Positions 48,131-60,012 of a stretch of 64,000 nucleotides of DNA are shown here, one piece after another. The position numbers and the translations under genes were made by a program. Below the pieces are notes generated by a model that had not been told where the DNA came from, ran no database searches, and saw only the letters and a program-made list of their open reading frames with translations. Source of the stretch: Psammoneis japonica (taxonomy: Eukaryota); the NCBI GenBank assembly GCA_008632985.1, contig QPGO01000072.1, positions 62,001-126,000 of the forward strand, in the 5' to 3' direction. Position 1 is the stretch's first letter, and every line of letters starts with the position of its first letter.

Positions 48131-49651
48131 ATGTGCAAGCCTACTCTTGTCGACGACACAACTATTCGTCGCGTTGTGATTTCGGGTGCAGGTCCCGCCG
48201 GTTTGCTCTTGGCTTTGTTGTTACTCCAGCGCAATGCCACATCACCTAATACAAAATATCATGTGACGCTTGTCGATGCACGGCAAGATTATGGTGTGTT
48301 GGACGAAACGGAACTCAAGAGATTTCGTTCTTGGATGATTGGTCTAGCGGGAAATGGTCTGTTTGCTCTTGATGAGGTACCAAATTTGCTGGATGACTAC
48401 GTGATACCCGTGGCGGTGCCGACCGAAAAGATTGCCTTGCACATTGGTTCCAAAGAAATCAATGTCGGAGGAACCGATATTGCTGAACAGTTGGAACTGG
48501 GAAATCGAGCCTTCACGGTGGATCGTAACTTTGTCGTGGCGGCGATTGCGCGTTGCTTGCACGACCAATACGGCGAGAATCACGACATGCTGGACAAGCG
48601 ATTCGAAACCAAACTCATGTATGTCGATTACGAGAATCAACGAGTTTTGTTGCGAAATGACGACGAGTCAGAACAGTACATTGACTATGATTTGTTGGTG
48701 GGATGTGATGGGATCCGGTCGGTCGTGAGAGAAGCCTTGGTCAAGAAGCACGTCGACTTTGAAATGGACGTTGGCGACATTTTTCAAAAGTTCAAGGCGG
48801 TTCACGTCCAGTGCCCTCCAGATGTTCATGACAAAACCATGCACATCTTGCCCAGTGTTTTTCCAAACATGAATGGCATTGCCTTGCCCGAAACAGGAGG
48901 CATGCTGAATATATCGATTGGCGGCGCTCGACACGATTTTGATAATTTCCCCGCCGAGCTGAAGAGCTCGGATCCCAAGGTGGTGGCGGCGTACGTCAAG
49001 GAAAATTTCAAAGCTTTTGAGTTGGTGGATTACATGGACTTTGCTCAAAAGTGGGTTGCGCTGAAACGGTGGAATCGAACGGGGTGTTGTCATTGCAACT
49101 TTTATCACTCGACCGAACTCAAGATTTGCATCATGGGCGACGCGGCGCACGCAACGTCTCCATCTATTGGACAGGGCATGAACAATGCCTTTGTTGATGC
49201 TCGTACCTTTGTACAATTGTTGGATCAACACAAGGATAACTTGGACGAAACGCTCGAGGCGTTTTCTCAAGAGCGTGTCAAGGAAGGAAACGCGTTGACG
49301 GATTTGGCCATGCACTTGTCCTGTCTCGATACCAAGCATCAAGCTATTGAATTGGCACACACCATGATTCGTACCATCGCATCTTCCATCATGCCACGAT
49401 TGGTCGACCGCCATCCCCAAACCATGATTGGTGAAGTGCAACACAAGTTGTCGGATATTTATGATTTGGCCAGCAAGCAGGGAATCGTTGCAAAACACCG
49501 ATACATCAACGACAAAATTCGTCGAGACTGTTTTGAACGAACCGTCGGCATGGTCAAGGACCAATCGGGATTGAGCGTGACGACCAAAGCTACCATGTTG
49601 GCGGCCCTTGTCGGGTTAACGGCTGCAGCTGCAAGGTATTATTTTGCCTGA
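48131..49651 (+). CDS. FAD-dependent monooxygenase (kynurenine 3-monooxygenase-like)
   Basis: GAGPAG Rossmann motif, DLLVGCDGIRS, MGDAAHATSPSIGQGMN, and a C-terminal hydrophobic tail. Confidence 0.88.
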   Translation: MCKPTLVDDTTIRRVVISGAGPAGLLLALLLLQRNATSPNTKYHVTLVDARQDYGVLDETELKRFRSWMIGLAGNGLFALDEVPNLLDDYVIPVAVPTEKIALHIGSKEINVGGTDIAEQLELGNRAFTVDRNFVVAAIARCLHDQYGENHDMLDKRFETKLMYVDYENQRVLLRNDDESEQYIDYDLLVGCDGIRSVVREALVKKHVDFEMDVGDIFQKFKAVHVQCPPDVHDKTMHILPSVFPNMNGIALPETGGMLNISIGGARHDFDNFPAELKSSDPKVVAAYVKENFKAFELVDYMDFAQKWVALKRWNRTGCCHCNFYHSTELKICIMGDAAHATSPSIGQGMNNAFVDARTFVQLLDQHKDNLDETLEAFSQERVKEGNALTDLAMHLSCLDTKHQAIELAHTMIRTIASSIMPRLVDRHPQTMIGEVQHKLSDIYDLASKQGIVAKHRYINDKIRRDCFERTVGMVKDQSGLSVTTKATMLAALVGLTAAAARYYFA

Positions 49652-49963
49652 GGAGACATTAAAAATTGAGTCACAACTAAAGAAATCAACTTAATTCTAT
49701 GGAGTTTCTGCGTCGTAGTTTCGCACTGCCATGGACTTTGTTGGTGGGATCTACCAATGGCTAGAAGCCACATAGGATGGTCTATCCGTCCGATTGCCCC
49801 CTATTGACCCGCGGTTTGGATGATTTGTCCGATTCAGGCACACACACTGAAGCCGCTATCGACTAGAGTCAAGAGGCAGTTTGCACCGTTTAGTGTCTAT
49901 GCCTCTGAGTGCAGTGCCTCTGCTCGGGTCAATCATGGCTCATTCTGCTGTAGCAAAAATCAG

Positions 49964-52459
49964 TTACAGAGTGTATCCAAAGTTTTTGAAATCCACACTG
50001 TACACTTCTTTAATGATGCTGTTGGTCTGTTCATTCTTGGTAAAAAGCTCATAGTCTGGATACGACGGTGTTTCATTCATGTGAACCATTTCCTCGTCTT
50101 CTTCTTGACTGGTAGCAATTCCTGGTTCTTCGTGGAGACAAGGAATCACGCGAGTCAGCTTGCTCATGTCCTTGCTCAAATTCTCGAGATGAAAAATATG
50201 TTGAACGACAATTTCGTCATTCTCGTCCACCAACCAGCTCGTTTGCGTAGCGTTAAAGGATGAAAATTCCTCATTACCGTGACCCCTGGAACCAAAGAGG
50301 TAGTTCTTTCTGGATCCCGGTGGATACATTTCATATAGTTTGAACACGTAGTCGTGAAAGAGCTCCACCATTGTCTCGTCACTTAGCTTTCGTAAATCCA
50401 CACTTGTAGGTATAAGCCGGTCGTCGCAAAATGACCTGGGCATGTTGGTGCATTGTTCCATCAAAAAGAAGAAACAAGAAACTTGTCGTGCTAGGGGGTG
50501 TCGCACAACGGCAAATGATGCAGCATTGTCCCACTCTTCTTTTCCTACGTAATCGATAAACGACGTGGCCGAGGCATGAAAACTGCGATGACTCTCGCCC
50601 CAATGCCCTGAGACATACTGCTCGGGACATCGTTCCTGCAACATTCTTATCATACTTGTGCCACCCGCTTTGTTAATGTGAACAAAGAATAATGGTTTTT
50701 GTCTCTCGTCCGAAGAGTCCTCACTATCATCATAGTAGTACCCCTCCTCCTTGGCACGCTCGGACAACAACGCATCATTGTCTTTAGTTTCTGGACTAAC
50801 GTATTGCTGCATCTCGGGAGGTAAAATCACGGCGGCACCAATTGCAAAACCCCGATTCAATGTCATGTGTCCCCAGTCATCTGGGATATACATCATGTCT
50901 CCAGGTTTTTGCGTACATCGGAGAGTGTAGGTATCCTGCAACAACTTGGTAACATCTCGTGCCGGCATGCCTGTATAGCCTCTGTAGAAAGGTGGAGTCA
51001 AGGCCCATTCCTTCATGCCGGTAAAGAGGGCATTAAAGGCGGCTGGGTGCCAATGAAGCGTGGCACCAGAATCGTCACCACCAAAGAATAGTTGCCACCT
51101 TGGATTGTGATCTTGAGGAATTGTGTCGAAAAAGTCGGTAATCAAATGCCAACTCGATCTGGGGTGGTACACATCACCGTCGTACATCGGATAAATTTCT
51201 TTCCAATCCCAATGGTGGGGATGACGAGCATGCAGCATGGGAACACCCGGTTGTTCCCTGCATTCTTTCAAGTCTTCAATTTCTTGAATGGACATTTTAG
51301 CCTCACAACTCTCTTGTCCCGTCAGAAAGGGGTAGGCTGTAGGTCCAACCTTGACTTTAACTGCGGAATTGAAGCTTTCAGTAGTTTCCCAACGTGACTT
51401 GTCAAACTTTGCCAACTCTTCATCGGAAACATGCCGCTTGATCACAAAGGGCCGTCCAGGCAACCAATAGTCATTGTAAAAGGTTTCAGGAGACATGGTA
51501 CCATAAGTGACATCAATGTCACAACGGTTGTCAGGAACATAGTCGGGTTTCTTATACCAACCCGAATCTCGTATTGGTTCTTCTTCTTTTGGTGACTGCT
51601 TGGGTAGAGGTTGCCTGACTTTGATATTGAGATATTTCTTTGCATCATGTGGTAGAATAGGAGAAGCTTTCATGTTGACCCAATCCTTGACTGTCCGACC
51701 GAGATGATCAACGACGAAATTAACATTGTTGTCGGAAAGAATGGAAACTATTTCGGCATAGCCTCCACGGAGAGCCGCTTGAATGGCATTTAGCCTAGGA
51801 AGATCTTCAAAGTCGGCCTCTGCTAATGGATCGAGTCCGTACTTGGTCTTGAGCTTCTTGACAACCTCGGTCAAACCCATGGTGGCGGCCGCGACCAAGA
51901 GCGTGTCGCTCATTTCATTCTTATCCAGTAGATCAATGCAGTGCAAAAAGCACCTTTCCCGTTCTTCGATATCCTTGCGCATGAAATAAAAGTCAATGCC
52001 GCCAAGGAATGGGTTCTTGTGGTCGTTTTTGGGAGGAAATCGATTGGGATAAAAGTAGGTACAACGACCCAACGTCAGCTTATCCCCCCTCTGGGGCCCA
52101 TTTTCCGTATGACGCCTTGGAGCTATGATTTTTGCTCCTGGATTTTTGTGCATCAATTCGCAATTTTCATTTTCAAATGGATCCACCAGTTCTGGTTGAG
52201 CGAGATCCTGTGGTACGGAAATGATTTCGCCTTGTTGCGATACCATTTCTCGCACCGCCAAGTTTGTTTGTTGTGATTCAATCATGATGTAAAAGAGTGC
52301 AAAGGAAGTAAGTATGGTGAAAGTAAATCCACCTAGTCTGAAGATTTTGCCTTTGTGGAGGTGAAAGATTTTGCGACGAGATTTCCTTTTGTCGTCATCG
52401 TGGTTGTCCGCATGCGGTATTTCGTCATCCTTTGCTTTGCTGTTACGGCTCTCCAACAT
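49964..52459 (-). CDS. Type II membrane protein: ankyrin-like region, JMJD8-like JmjC domain and C-terminal sulfotransferase
   Basis: TM segment LGGFTFTILTSFALFYIMI; NAIQAALRGGYAEIVSIL; GDDSGATLHWH...KEW...CTQKPGDMMYIPDDWGH; FVHINKAGGTS (5'-PSB) and VRHPLARQVS (3'-PB); YSVDFKNFGY end. Confidence 0.85.
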   Translation of the reverse strand: MLESRNSKAKDDEIPHADNHDDDKRKSRRKIFHLHKGKIFRLGGFTFTILTSFALFYIMIESQQTNLAVREMVSQQGEIISVPQDLAQPELVDPFENENCELMHKNPGAKIIAPRRHTENGPQRGDKLTLGRCTYFYPNRFPPKNDHKNPFLGGIDFYFMRKDIEERERCFLHCIDLLDKNEMSDTLLVAAATMGLTEVVKKLKTKYGLDPLAEADFEDLPRLNAIQAALRGGYAEIVSILSDNNVNFVVDHLGRTVKDWVNMKASPILPHDAKKYLNIKVRQPLPKQSPKEEEPIRDSGWYKKPDYVPDNRCDIDVTYGTMSPETFYNDYWLPGRPFVIKRHVSDEELAKFDKSRWETTESFNSAVKVKVGPTAYPFLTGQESCEAKMSIQEIEDLKECREQPGVPMLHARHPHHWDWKEIYPMYDGDVYHPRSSWHLITDFFDTIPQDHNPRWQLFFGGDDSGATLHWHPAAFNALFTGMKEWALTPPFYRGYTGMPARDVTKLLQDTYTLRCTQKPGDMMYIPDDWGHMTLNRGFAIGAAVILPPEMQQYVSPETKDNDALLSERAKEEGYYYDDSEDSSDERQKPLFFVHINKAGGTSMIRMLQERCPEQYVSGHWGESHRSFHASATSFIDYVGKEEWDNAASFAVVRHPLARQVSCFFFLMEQCTNMPRSFCDDRLIPTSVDLRKLSDETMVELFHDYVFKLYEMYPPGSRKNYLFGSRGHGNEEFSSFNATQTSWLVDENDEIVVQHIFHLENLSKDMSKLTRVIPCLHEEPGIATSQEEDEEMVHMNETPSYPDYELFTKNEQTNSIIKEVYSVDFKNFGYTL

Positions 52460-52759
52460 GGTAGAAAGAACCAGCTTTTGAAACAACAATGCCTTGCGTT
52501 GACCTGTCTCAGTTATCAATTCACCACCCTGGGCAGGGTTCTGTGGAGGTAGGGCCCTAGAGAAAATACGAATAGATTTACAAAGAAAGCTGGAGCTGCC
52601 TGTCGTCCACTTTGGATGTTTTTGTGAGCAAGAAGTGATGGCTCCTTGCTCTTGCCTTTACTAGCCGTTGAACGCTCTTTTCGCTCGCGAAAAACGCATC
52701 CAACGCACGACCCCAACGGACAATCGTTAATTGTAGCCTAAATTGCATTTATTTTTTTG

Positions 52760-53755
52760 TAAAACTTCAAGGCAAATCAGTACATTCAGACATGAAGATT
52801 TTGTAAACGCAAGCCGTGACCGTTTTTCCAAGATTGATGCTTCTTGAAGTTGAGAGACAGTGGCTGGTCTGTGGCCGGCACCCCCTTGTGTGAGCGCGGG
52901 GGTGCTGGACCTGTGTGCGGGGCCAAGCTCTGCTCTTTTGCACAATTGTTTGACAGCACACCCCATTGTACAAGCCAAAAAATGAGTTTCATTGTGGCTG
53001 TTTCTGAAAACAGAGTTGGGCTGAGATGTTTGAAAAAGGTGCCTTTGAGCAAACACTCTCTGGAGATGACTCGCACACTTCAAGCAGTCATGACAGGGGG
53101 GGCACGCCACTTCTCAAGTCAGTTGGAAAATTGCATTTTTCTGTGAGAGGCTGCCAGCTTGTTTGTTGCCCAAGAAACAGCTCTTTTGCTGCAGAGCTTG
53201 GCGCGCACTGCATTTTGCAGGCTGAACATTGCACGTGCTGTTGCATGTGGGGGGCTGGAGCACATGGTCACTTTTGTGGTTTTTGCCAGCTGCTGGTTGT
53301 TGCTGCTTGGGCACAGCGTGCCAGAGCGTGAGCTGGGGGGGTGTCGCGGGCACCTCCTTGGCATGACTGTTGGGTGCCCAACTTGCTGTTGTTGCGTGCA
53401 GGATGTCTTGGACTCCATTGTGCAAGAAGGGAAGTTGTGTGGGCAGGGCGGGGGACAACAAGCTGGCGGAGACTGGCTTTTCAGAGCAACAACCCAGCCA
53501 AACACTCTTTGATGTTCCCACAAACAATCATGGAGAGTTTTGCACATTGTGGCACTGACCATGTCTTTGTGCAGTGCAAAACATGTTTGGCAGACATCAG
53601 CCAGCAGAACCAGAGCTGGTCTTGTTGTGAAAACAAAAAAGGCTCCTCTCCACACTCCACACAGTGTTACTCCACAGCTCTTTGCTGCGAAAGTGGGTGA
53701 AGTGTGAACAACAACAATGACTTCCAGACAGAATTTGGCTTTCCAAAAAGTTGTT

Positions 53756-53795
<40 letters not shown>

Positions 53796-53950
53796 GCCCA
53801 TTGGGGCATCACGACCAGATGGCTGTGAGAGCTGTTGTGACAAAAAATGAGACACACCCTTCCACGAATTGAACTTGCGGGCGCTGGCCAGACGACGGGG
53901 TCTGGAGGTCTTGCGTGATGCGATGATTCGCGTGATTGATTGAGTGCATG
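52760..53950. mobile_element. Unidentified TpA-depleted repeat relic directly upstream of the UBR4 C-terminal gene
   Basis: No TA between 52971 and 53667, with CA/TG excess; no intact ORF or recognisable domain. Confidence 0.45.
53757..53794. repeat. (CT)n microsatellite
   Basis: About 19 CT units. Confidence 0.95.
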
Positions 53951-53956
53951 TGATGA

Positions 53957-53964
53957 TGACGTCA
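53957..53964. promoter_or_regulatory. CRE-like TGACGTCA palindrome ~110 bp upstream of the UBR4-C ATG
   Basis: Perfect palindrome followed by a CA-rich leader and ACCATGG. Confidence 0.35.
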
Positions 53965-54075
53965 TGTGTCAATAAGTAAACACACGCGCGTAGCCATCAT
54001 ACTGACCCCTACGTGACACAGAATTTGGGAGAGACACACAAAAAACTCACAACGAGCGACGCACAACACTACACC

Positions 54076-57000
54076 ATGGACGCTTCCGTCTCCTTGTTGC
54101 CCCTCATGGAGGGCCTTTATCACAAGCAAGCCGCGGCACAAGCTATTTGTAACGATGCATACGAGCGTCACATGGCGGCGACACGAATTGCATCGTGGGC
54201 GGGACGACAATGGCGGGGTCGTTCGATACCGCAACGAGGTGGCAACGCCCGCAAGCGACGCAAAGTAGTAGTGAAAAAGACAAGAGCAGCAAAACGCAAC
54301 ACTACGACGCTCGTGTCTACTGTTTCTAAAACACAGTCGTCGCCAAGTTGGCAGCATTGGATCTTTCAAGCACTCCGTTCGGATTCGAAACGAGTCCGAC
54401 AAGTGTCTTATGCGATTCTTCTGCGGTGTATGCGTCCGCGTCTCGGACACGTGTTGTTGGATCAAGCCAATTTTATGCTGACGGAGCCACCGCTTGCTCT
54501 AGAAGGCAACGATTACGGAATACAGCTTGTGGTCATGTTGACTCACTTGCAAGTACAAGAGCCGACCGATTTGGTAGCGTTTTGTGCCTCGGGAGGCCTC
54601 CGATGGATCTCGAGCTCGATTCTCAAGCTTGCGGCCGAGCTTGTTCCTACCGTTCAAGCGGCTTGTACCACTACCAATCAAACACAAGAATTCATGACTC
54701 TACCACATGGAAGTTTGGTGACGATTCAAGCACGAATCATTCTGCTGGTGGATTTGTGTTATCGACTGGTGCTTTACGCTTCGGCTCCGAGCAAGCAGAA
54801 CAACAAGAGTTCTGAAAAGAAAGAAGCCACTACTACTACTACTACGGAATCATCATCTCCGTCCAAACGAAAACGCAGCAAGAGTCAAGACGAAACCATG
54901 GACGAAGCTCAAAAGGAAGCTTTGAACCAGAGGGTCGTGGCGTTGCGAAAAGTGCACAATGTGCTATGGACCTCTCAGCTCCCCGCCGTCACGTGGAATG
55001 ACGCGTCCTTGACTCCGCTGGCGTGTCTGATTTGTGTCCACGAAGTACTCAAGGCCAATGTCTTTGCCAGAAGTACCGGTATGGACAAGTGTTTGAGCAT
55101 GCTGAATCGTTTGGTCGATCCCAAAACACAAGTCATTGTCACGTACAAGGACGACACAAATGGGAAGAACAAGAAGAGGGACAAGCGCAAGAAACCGAAA
55201 TTGCGCCGTCGAACCGCAGCACCGTCCTTTATGTTTGGATCGGATAGCAGCAATGAGAGATCGACGTCTGCCGCGGCGGAAATGGCTCGGGCCGTGTCGG
55301 ATGCCATGGATCTCATGGACAATGATAACAATGAGAGTAGTCAAGAAACGAATGATGTTGTTATGCAAGACGTGGATGAAAACAACAATGATGAGGATGA
55401 AGAGTGGGGGGCGGTAGGCTTTCGCAAAGAAAAAGAAGACGACGACGAGGATGACAATGACGAGGAGTTGGAGGGACTTGACGACGACGAAGAGGAGGAG
55501 GAGGAGGAGGACGCGATTGATAGCGACGAATGCGATGAGTGCGAAGAGGAGGCTGAAGATGAAGCGGAACAAAAGGAGGATGAGGAGCAGGATTTGGAAA
55601 ATGCCGACGAAGAAGAGGAAGAAGATTTGACCCAGGAGACGGACGACGGGATGTTTGAAACGTCATCGCCGCTGGAGCAAGCCGACAAGAGCGAATTGGC
55701 GCTTGAAAAAGAGTCTCAGAGAAAGCACGCATACGTGGATGCTTGTATGCAAGTACTAGCGGCACACTACCCGCACAGTAGTCACAATGCTGTTTCTGGC
55801 GGAGCACCCGTGTCGGAGCCGTCTGGATCGAGCCGAGGCATGAAGCGAATGCTGACGAACGCTGCCGAGCAGTCGTTGCTCAAGTCTGTCTGTGACGTTG
55901 TTAAGCCTCCTCGCAGGCGTGTCAATTTCAAGATTTACATGAAGCGTGCTCCGACGCAGGAGGAATTTTTCCGCGGGTCTATTTCACGCAATCCAATGTC
56001 CTTTTCTTCTCTGGCCAAGCACGGAGCTCAAGGGGAAGGCGCCTCCGGACACGAACCCACAGTTCGCGATTTGCGTCAACACATTGCCAATGACCTGCAA
56101 ATGTCTGACAGCGCAGAGTTGCTGGAACTTTTGGTCGCCAACAAGATTCTCGACATGAATCTGAAGCTACGGGTGGTTCATCAGGTATTGTGGAAGAACC
56201 ATCTCATTGAAGATCCCTCTTCGTCCTTTGCGTCATCGTTGCTGTCGGGTCACTCTGGGCACACGTTTTTGACATCTGGAACAAGCATATCCGTGGTATT
56301 GAATGCAACAATGGGTCGAGATGGTAGTGGAGGTCGTCGAAGTGTCACGGCAGATACACCTGCGTCCGCGCTTCCTCCAATGGTGGTTACCTATCGCTTG
56401 GCCGGTGTCGATGGTGAAGCAACAGAGGATCACGTGGACGAAGCGAATCTGGTTGATCCGGAGCCCCATCGCCTATGGAGTCCGCGGAAGCAAAAGAGCT
56501 GAAATGGAGAAGGAGTATGGCATCACTCGACTCGTTGTAAAAGGACGAGGTATCAACCTGCTGCTCCGATCCGTTGAAGCTAACATTATGGATGTTCTTC
56601 GTCGGATTCGAAGAGACGATGCTGTGGCACAGCGAGCGGCGGCAGGAAGAAATCCTGTTCGTGACAAGTTTCTACATTCAGCACCGAGTACTGGGCTGAT
56701 GCTGCTCTCTCATTGTTCAAAACTCTCTCATAATCGGAAGAAACTGCTGGAAGCGCGTGCACCAACTCTTTTACTCCGCTTGTTGCTTGACGTGCTCAGC
56801 GCGTTGGAAGGACCGTCTGAAGCTTGTGCCGCTACGGTATCCGATGGGGTATCAAACGCTAAATCGCACACTGTGAGTAACCCAACGGCAGATGCTCTCA
56901 AGGAACTAATTGAAATGCTTTCTTCGGACATATCTCCAAGCACACTCTTGAGTTCTACAAGCGCCTGCGCCGACGACGATCTTGGACTGGAGGAGCAAGA

Positions 57001-59584
57001 TGCGAGCACTCTTCCGTTGCTTCTATCTTCGCTCAAGACAACCTATCTGAGCCCTCCGTTACGCAAGGTTATTGGGAAGCTTCTGCCTTTCTTGACTTAT
57101 GGGCAAGTGAGTTTGTCAAGAGACCTCGCTCAACATATTGCGGAACAACTGACCGTCGAGAACCTCCTTGCATTCATCATGGACGAAGCGTCGTCAAGCC
57201 AGTCTTCTGTCATGATGGACACTTTGATACAAGCAACCATCCATCTACCTCCTAGTGACATCTGTAGCTCGCTTCGTACGGAGTTGCTGGATTGTGGCTT
57301 TGTGGAGCGGCTATGTTCGTTTTGTATCAAGGACATTCCTTCGCAGCCCCCTCCGTGGTCTCCGGCGTTGTGGTCAAAGGAGCAGTCAAGCGATCTTTCT
57401 AAGCGCTCCGAGCAACGAAAATCACTCGAAGATAAATGGCGTGCTTATTTTGATCGCATTGGTCTCCAAATAGGGTTCAAAATGCTAACAGGTTTGTGTT
57501 CTTGCCACGAGGCTACACAGATTCTAATTAGCTCAGCTGCTGTATGCACACCTGACAAGAGCGAAAACGGCGAGACATCGTTATTGGCCGCTTGTCATTG
57601 GATCGAAAGTACCTCCGACAACTCCGCTTCAAAAGTAAATATGAACGGCATGGGTATTCTGGCGGAGACGCTTCTTGATGAGCTCAAGGATGGCAACAAA
57701 AGTGTCAGCGAAAAAGTCTCTAATCTGAGAAGCATGAGCCGAGAACGAAAGAAAGAAATCGCAACGGAGCGGCGCAGCAGGGCGTTGGTCAGTATGAACT
57801 CGTTTGGCGCAGGCGGTGCAGTTGGCGTAGCCTCGAGTGCACGGGCGGAGTCAGATCGAAGTTCCACCGGAGGCGTCATGGATGTTGCTTCCTCGATTTT
57901 GGCACCGGTGCTTGGATTTTTCCAGAGTAGCAGCTCTGCGGAAGGTGAGAATGTCCCAACTTCTGCTTCACAGGCTGGCGCATCGGAAACGGGAGCCGCC
58001 AGAACTGGACCAGCTCGTGAAGAAAACAAGCCCAAGGTACCAAAACCAGCATGGCTTGCGGAAATGGAAGCAATGGAAGACGAAACCGGTTTGACATGTG
58101 CGGTATGTCAGGAAGGGCGAAAATTGCAACCTACAGAGCTGCTTGGTCTATATACTTTTGTAAAAAAAGTTTCACCGCCAAGCCAGTCAGGAGGACCGGC
58201 ACAAATTGACGGAAGTATGCTTCTTTCTTCGTTGCCCTTGAAGTTGCCTTCTTCGTTGCGAGGAACTCACGTGGATCACGAGTATTTCACGCCAGCCAAA
58301 GAAGTTGCGAGATCATTGAGGACCAGTCGGTACTCCAGCGCGTCGTCAATGTCGCAAAGCAAGCGCCCGAATCATTTTGTCACCACGGTCTCCGCAGGAA
58401 ACGCTATTCACTGTACCTGCCACGCCAGGGCGCGATCTGCGGATCGCAATCACCCCAAGGCTCCAAAAAGTACGTGCTTCCCATAGAGCAAGTTTCTTCG
58501 TGTTTCCCGTTGCCGCCTTACCCAATGTACTTGTTTTTCTTTGAAACTAGGTGAGTGGGAAGGGGCGGCGCTTCGAAATTCTCGAGTTTCATGCAATGCA
58601 ATCATGCCACTTGTATCGTCAAAGAGTTCAAAGGTGCATCTTGCGGCCGTGGAGATTGCATTGACAGATTATCAAACTGTAATCTCGAACTTGCTTGGCA
58701 GCAGGCCAAAATCGATGCTGTGGACGATACTTCATGACATACGCTTCCTATTGCTGAGAATGGCGTACGGAGAAGCATTGAATACGGACTGCGGAGGCGG
58801 ATCGTTGTCTTCAAATTCTATGCTGCTGTTTCATGAAATGTTCATGGTAGATATGTTTGCTAATGACGCAGAACACGATTCTCCCGAAACAGCTCAGCAT
58901 GCGCGTTTCCTTAGTGGTGGGTTTATCGCGGCATACGAAATCGTGAATGCGGAAGACTTTGATAAAGGTGGATCATCTACCGCGTCTTCGCTTGCGCGAA
59001 ATATCGCAGATGCAGCGCCGATGGCCGCGCTTTGTTGCGTCTTATTCAACAATGACAAAGATGACGATGCGACGGTTCCTGGAAAGGAGCGCCGATGGGA
59101 AATGCACAAGGAAAAGTTTCTCTGTGGACTTATCAGTTGTGCGGGTCGTCGTCATGCATTGGGCATTGATGAAAGTGGATGCCTAGCCTCCCGTGGCTCG
59201 AGGCCTGCCACAAGAATGCGTTCTAGCTCCTTTGCTGACTGGGACGTGATGGAAACTGAGGAATCGCCGAAGGATCCATCATTATCATCAAGCAAGAGGA
59301 AACCAAAGTCGGTTCTCGGTAAACGCGGTCTCCCGGAAATAGATGATTTCGCAGCGGCTCTCCGTCCATTCATAACTTTTTACGCGGTGATTGACCAGTT
59401 GTCGGATGTGTTCAAGGTTGAGATGGATGACGACGCAGTTGAAGAAGGGTGTACACGACTTGTCGCGATGGTAGAAAGCTGTCAGAGATCGAAAAGTATT
59501 CATGAGCTCCTGCAGAAAGCAAAGGTGACTCTTGACCACGAACGGATTATTGAAGAATTGCAAAAGGGAATCGTTTCGGCGTAA
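54076..59584 (+). CDS. UBR4: UBR4/BIG C-terminal part, ~1800 aa (UBL-like region, hemiRING and downstream domain); intron 58470-58550; apparent frameshift at ~56463-56503
   Basis: QEEFFRGSISRNP...PTVRDLRQHIA...LELLVANKILDMNL...PPMVVTYRLAGVDGEATED; GLTCAVCQEG...LGLYTF...TTVSAGNAIHCTCHARARSADR; spliced PKSEWEGAALRNSRVSCNAIMP; TDCGGGSLSSN. Confidence 0.87.
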
Positions 59585-59935
59585 GTAATAACTAGAGAAC
59601 AACCGATTCATTGTATTGAAAAAATTTAAGTAGTACATGGCAAAATATCCATTATTTTCTATGCCCAAGAAGCGGCAACGGCTCCAAACAGCTGGTTGGA
59701 ACCGAGAGTCTTTTTTGAATGGTCTTTAAAATGCGTATGGCACGTGAGGTTCGCTGTGCGATGATCCGTCTTTCTTTTGAAGGTCGTCTATTTCGGCGTA
59801 TCCCACTTTGCGTACAACTCACACGCACAAGTACGAAGGCGCCCAGAATCTTTCATGATCACTATAATTATTAGCTCTTTCGTTTTCCGGCGCTTCGTAA
59901 GTGTGATCGGTCACTGATTCTTCGATTGAGAGTGT

Positions 59936-60012
59936 CAGATTCTCACTCTTCGACTTAGTAGGAGACGGCCCTCAGATCTCACTCTTCGACTTAGTAGGAG
60001 ACGGCCCTCAGA
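59936..60012. repeat. Local tandem duplication of a 36-37 bp unit
   Basis: caga(t)tctcactcttcgacttagtaggagacggccct occurs twice. Confidence 0.9.

Noticed and set aside
56461..56506. Possible programmed frameshift or second split in UBR4-C
   Set aside because: Restoring two bases in short runs (GAG[G]CC and AAA[A]TG) gives a clean DPEAPSPMESAEAKELKMEKEYG. No slippery site is evident, so a consensus error is more likely.
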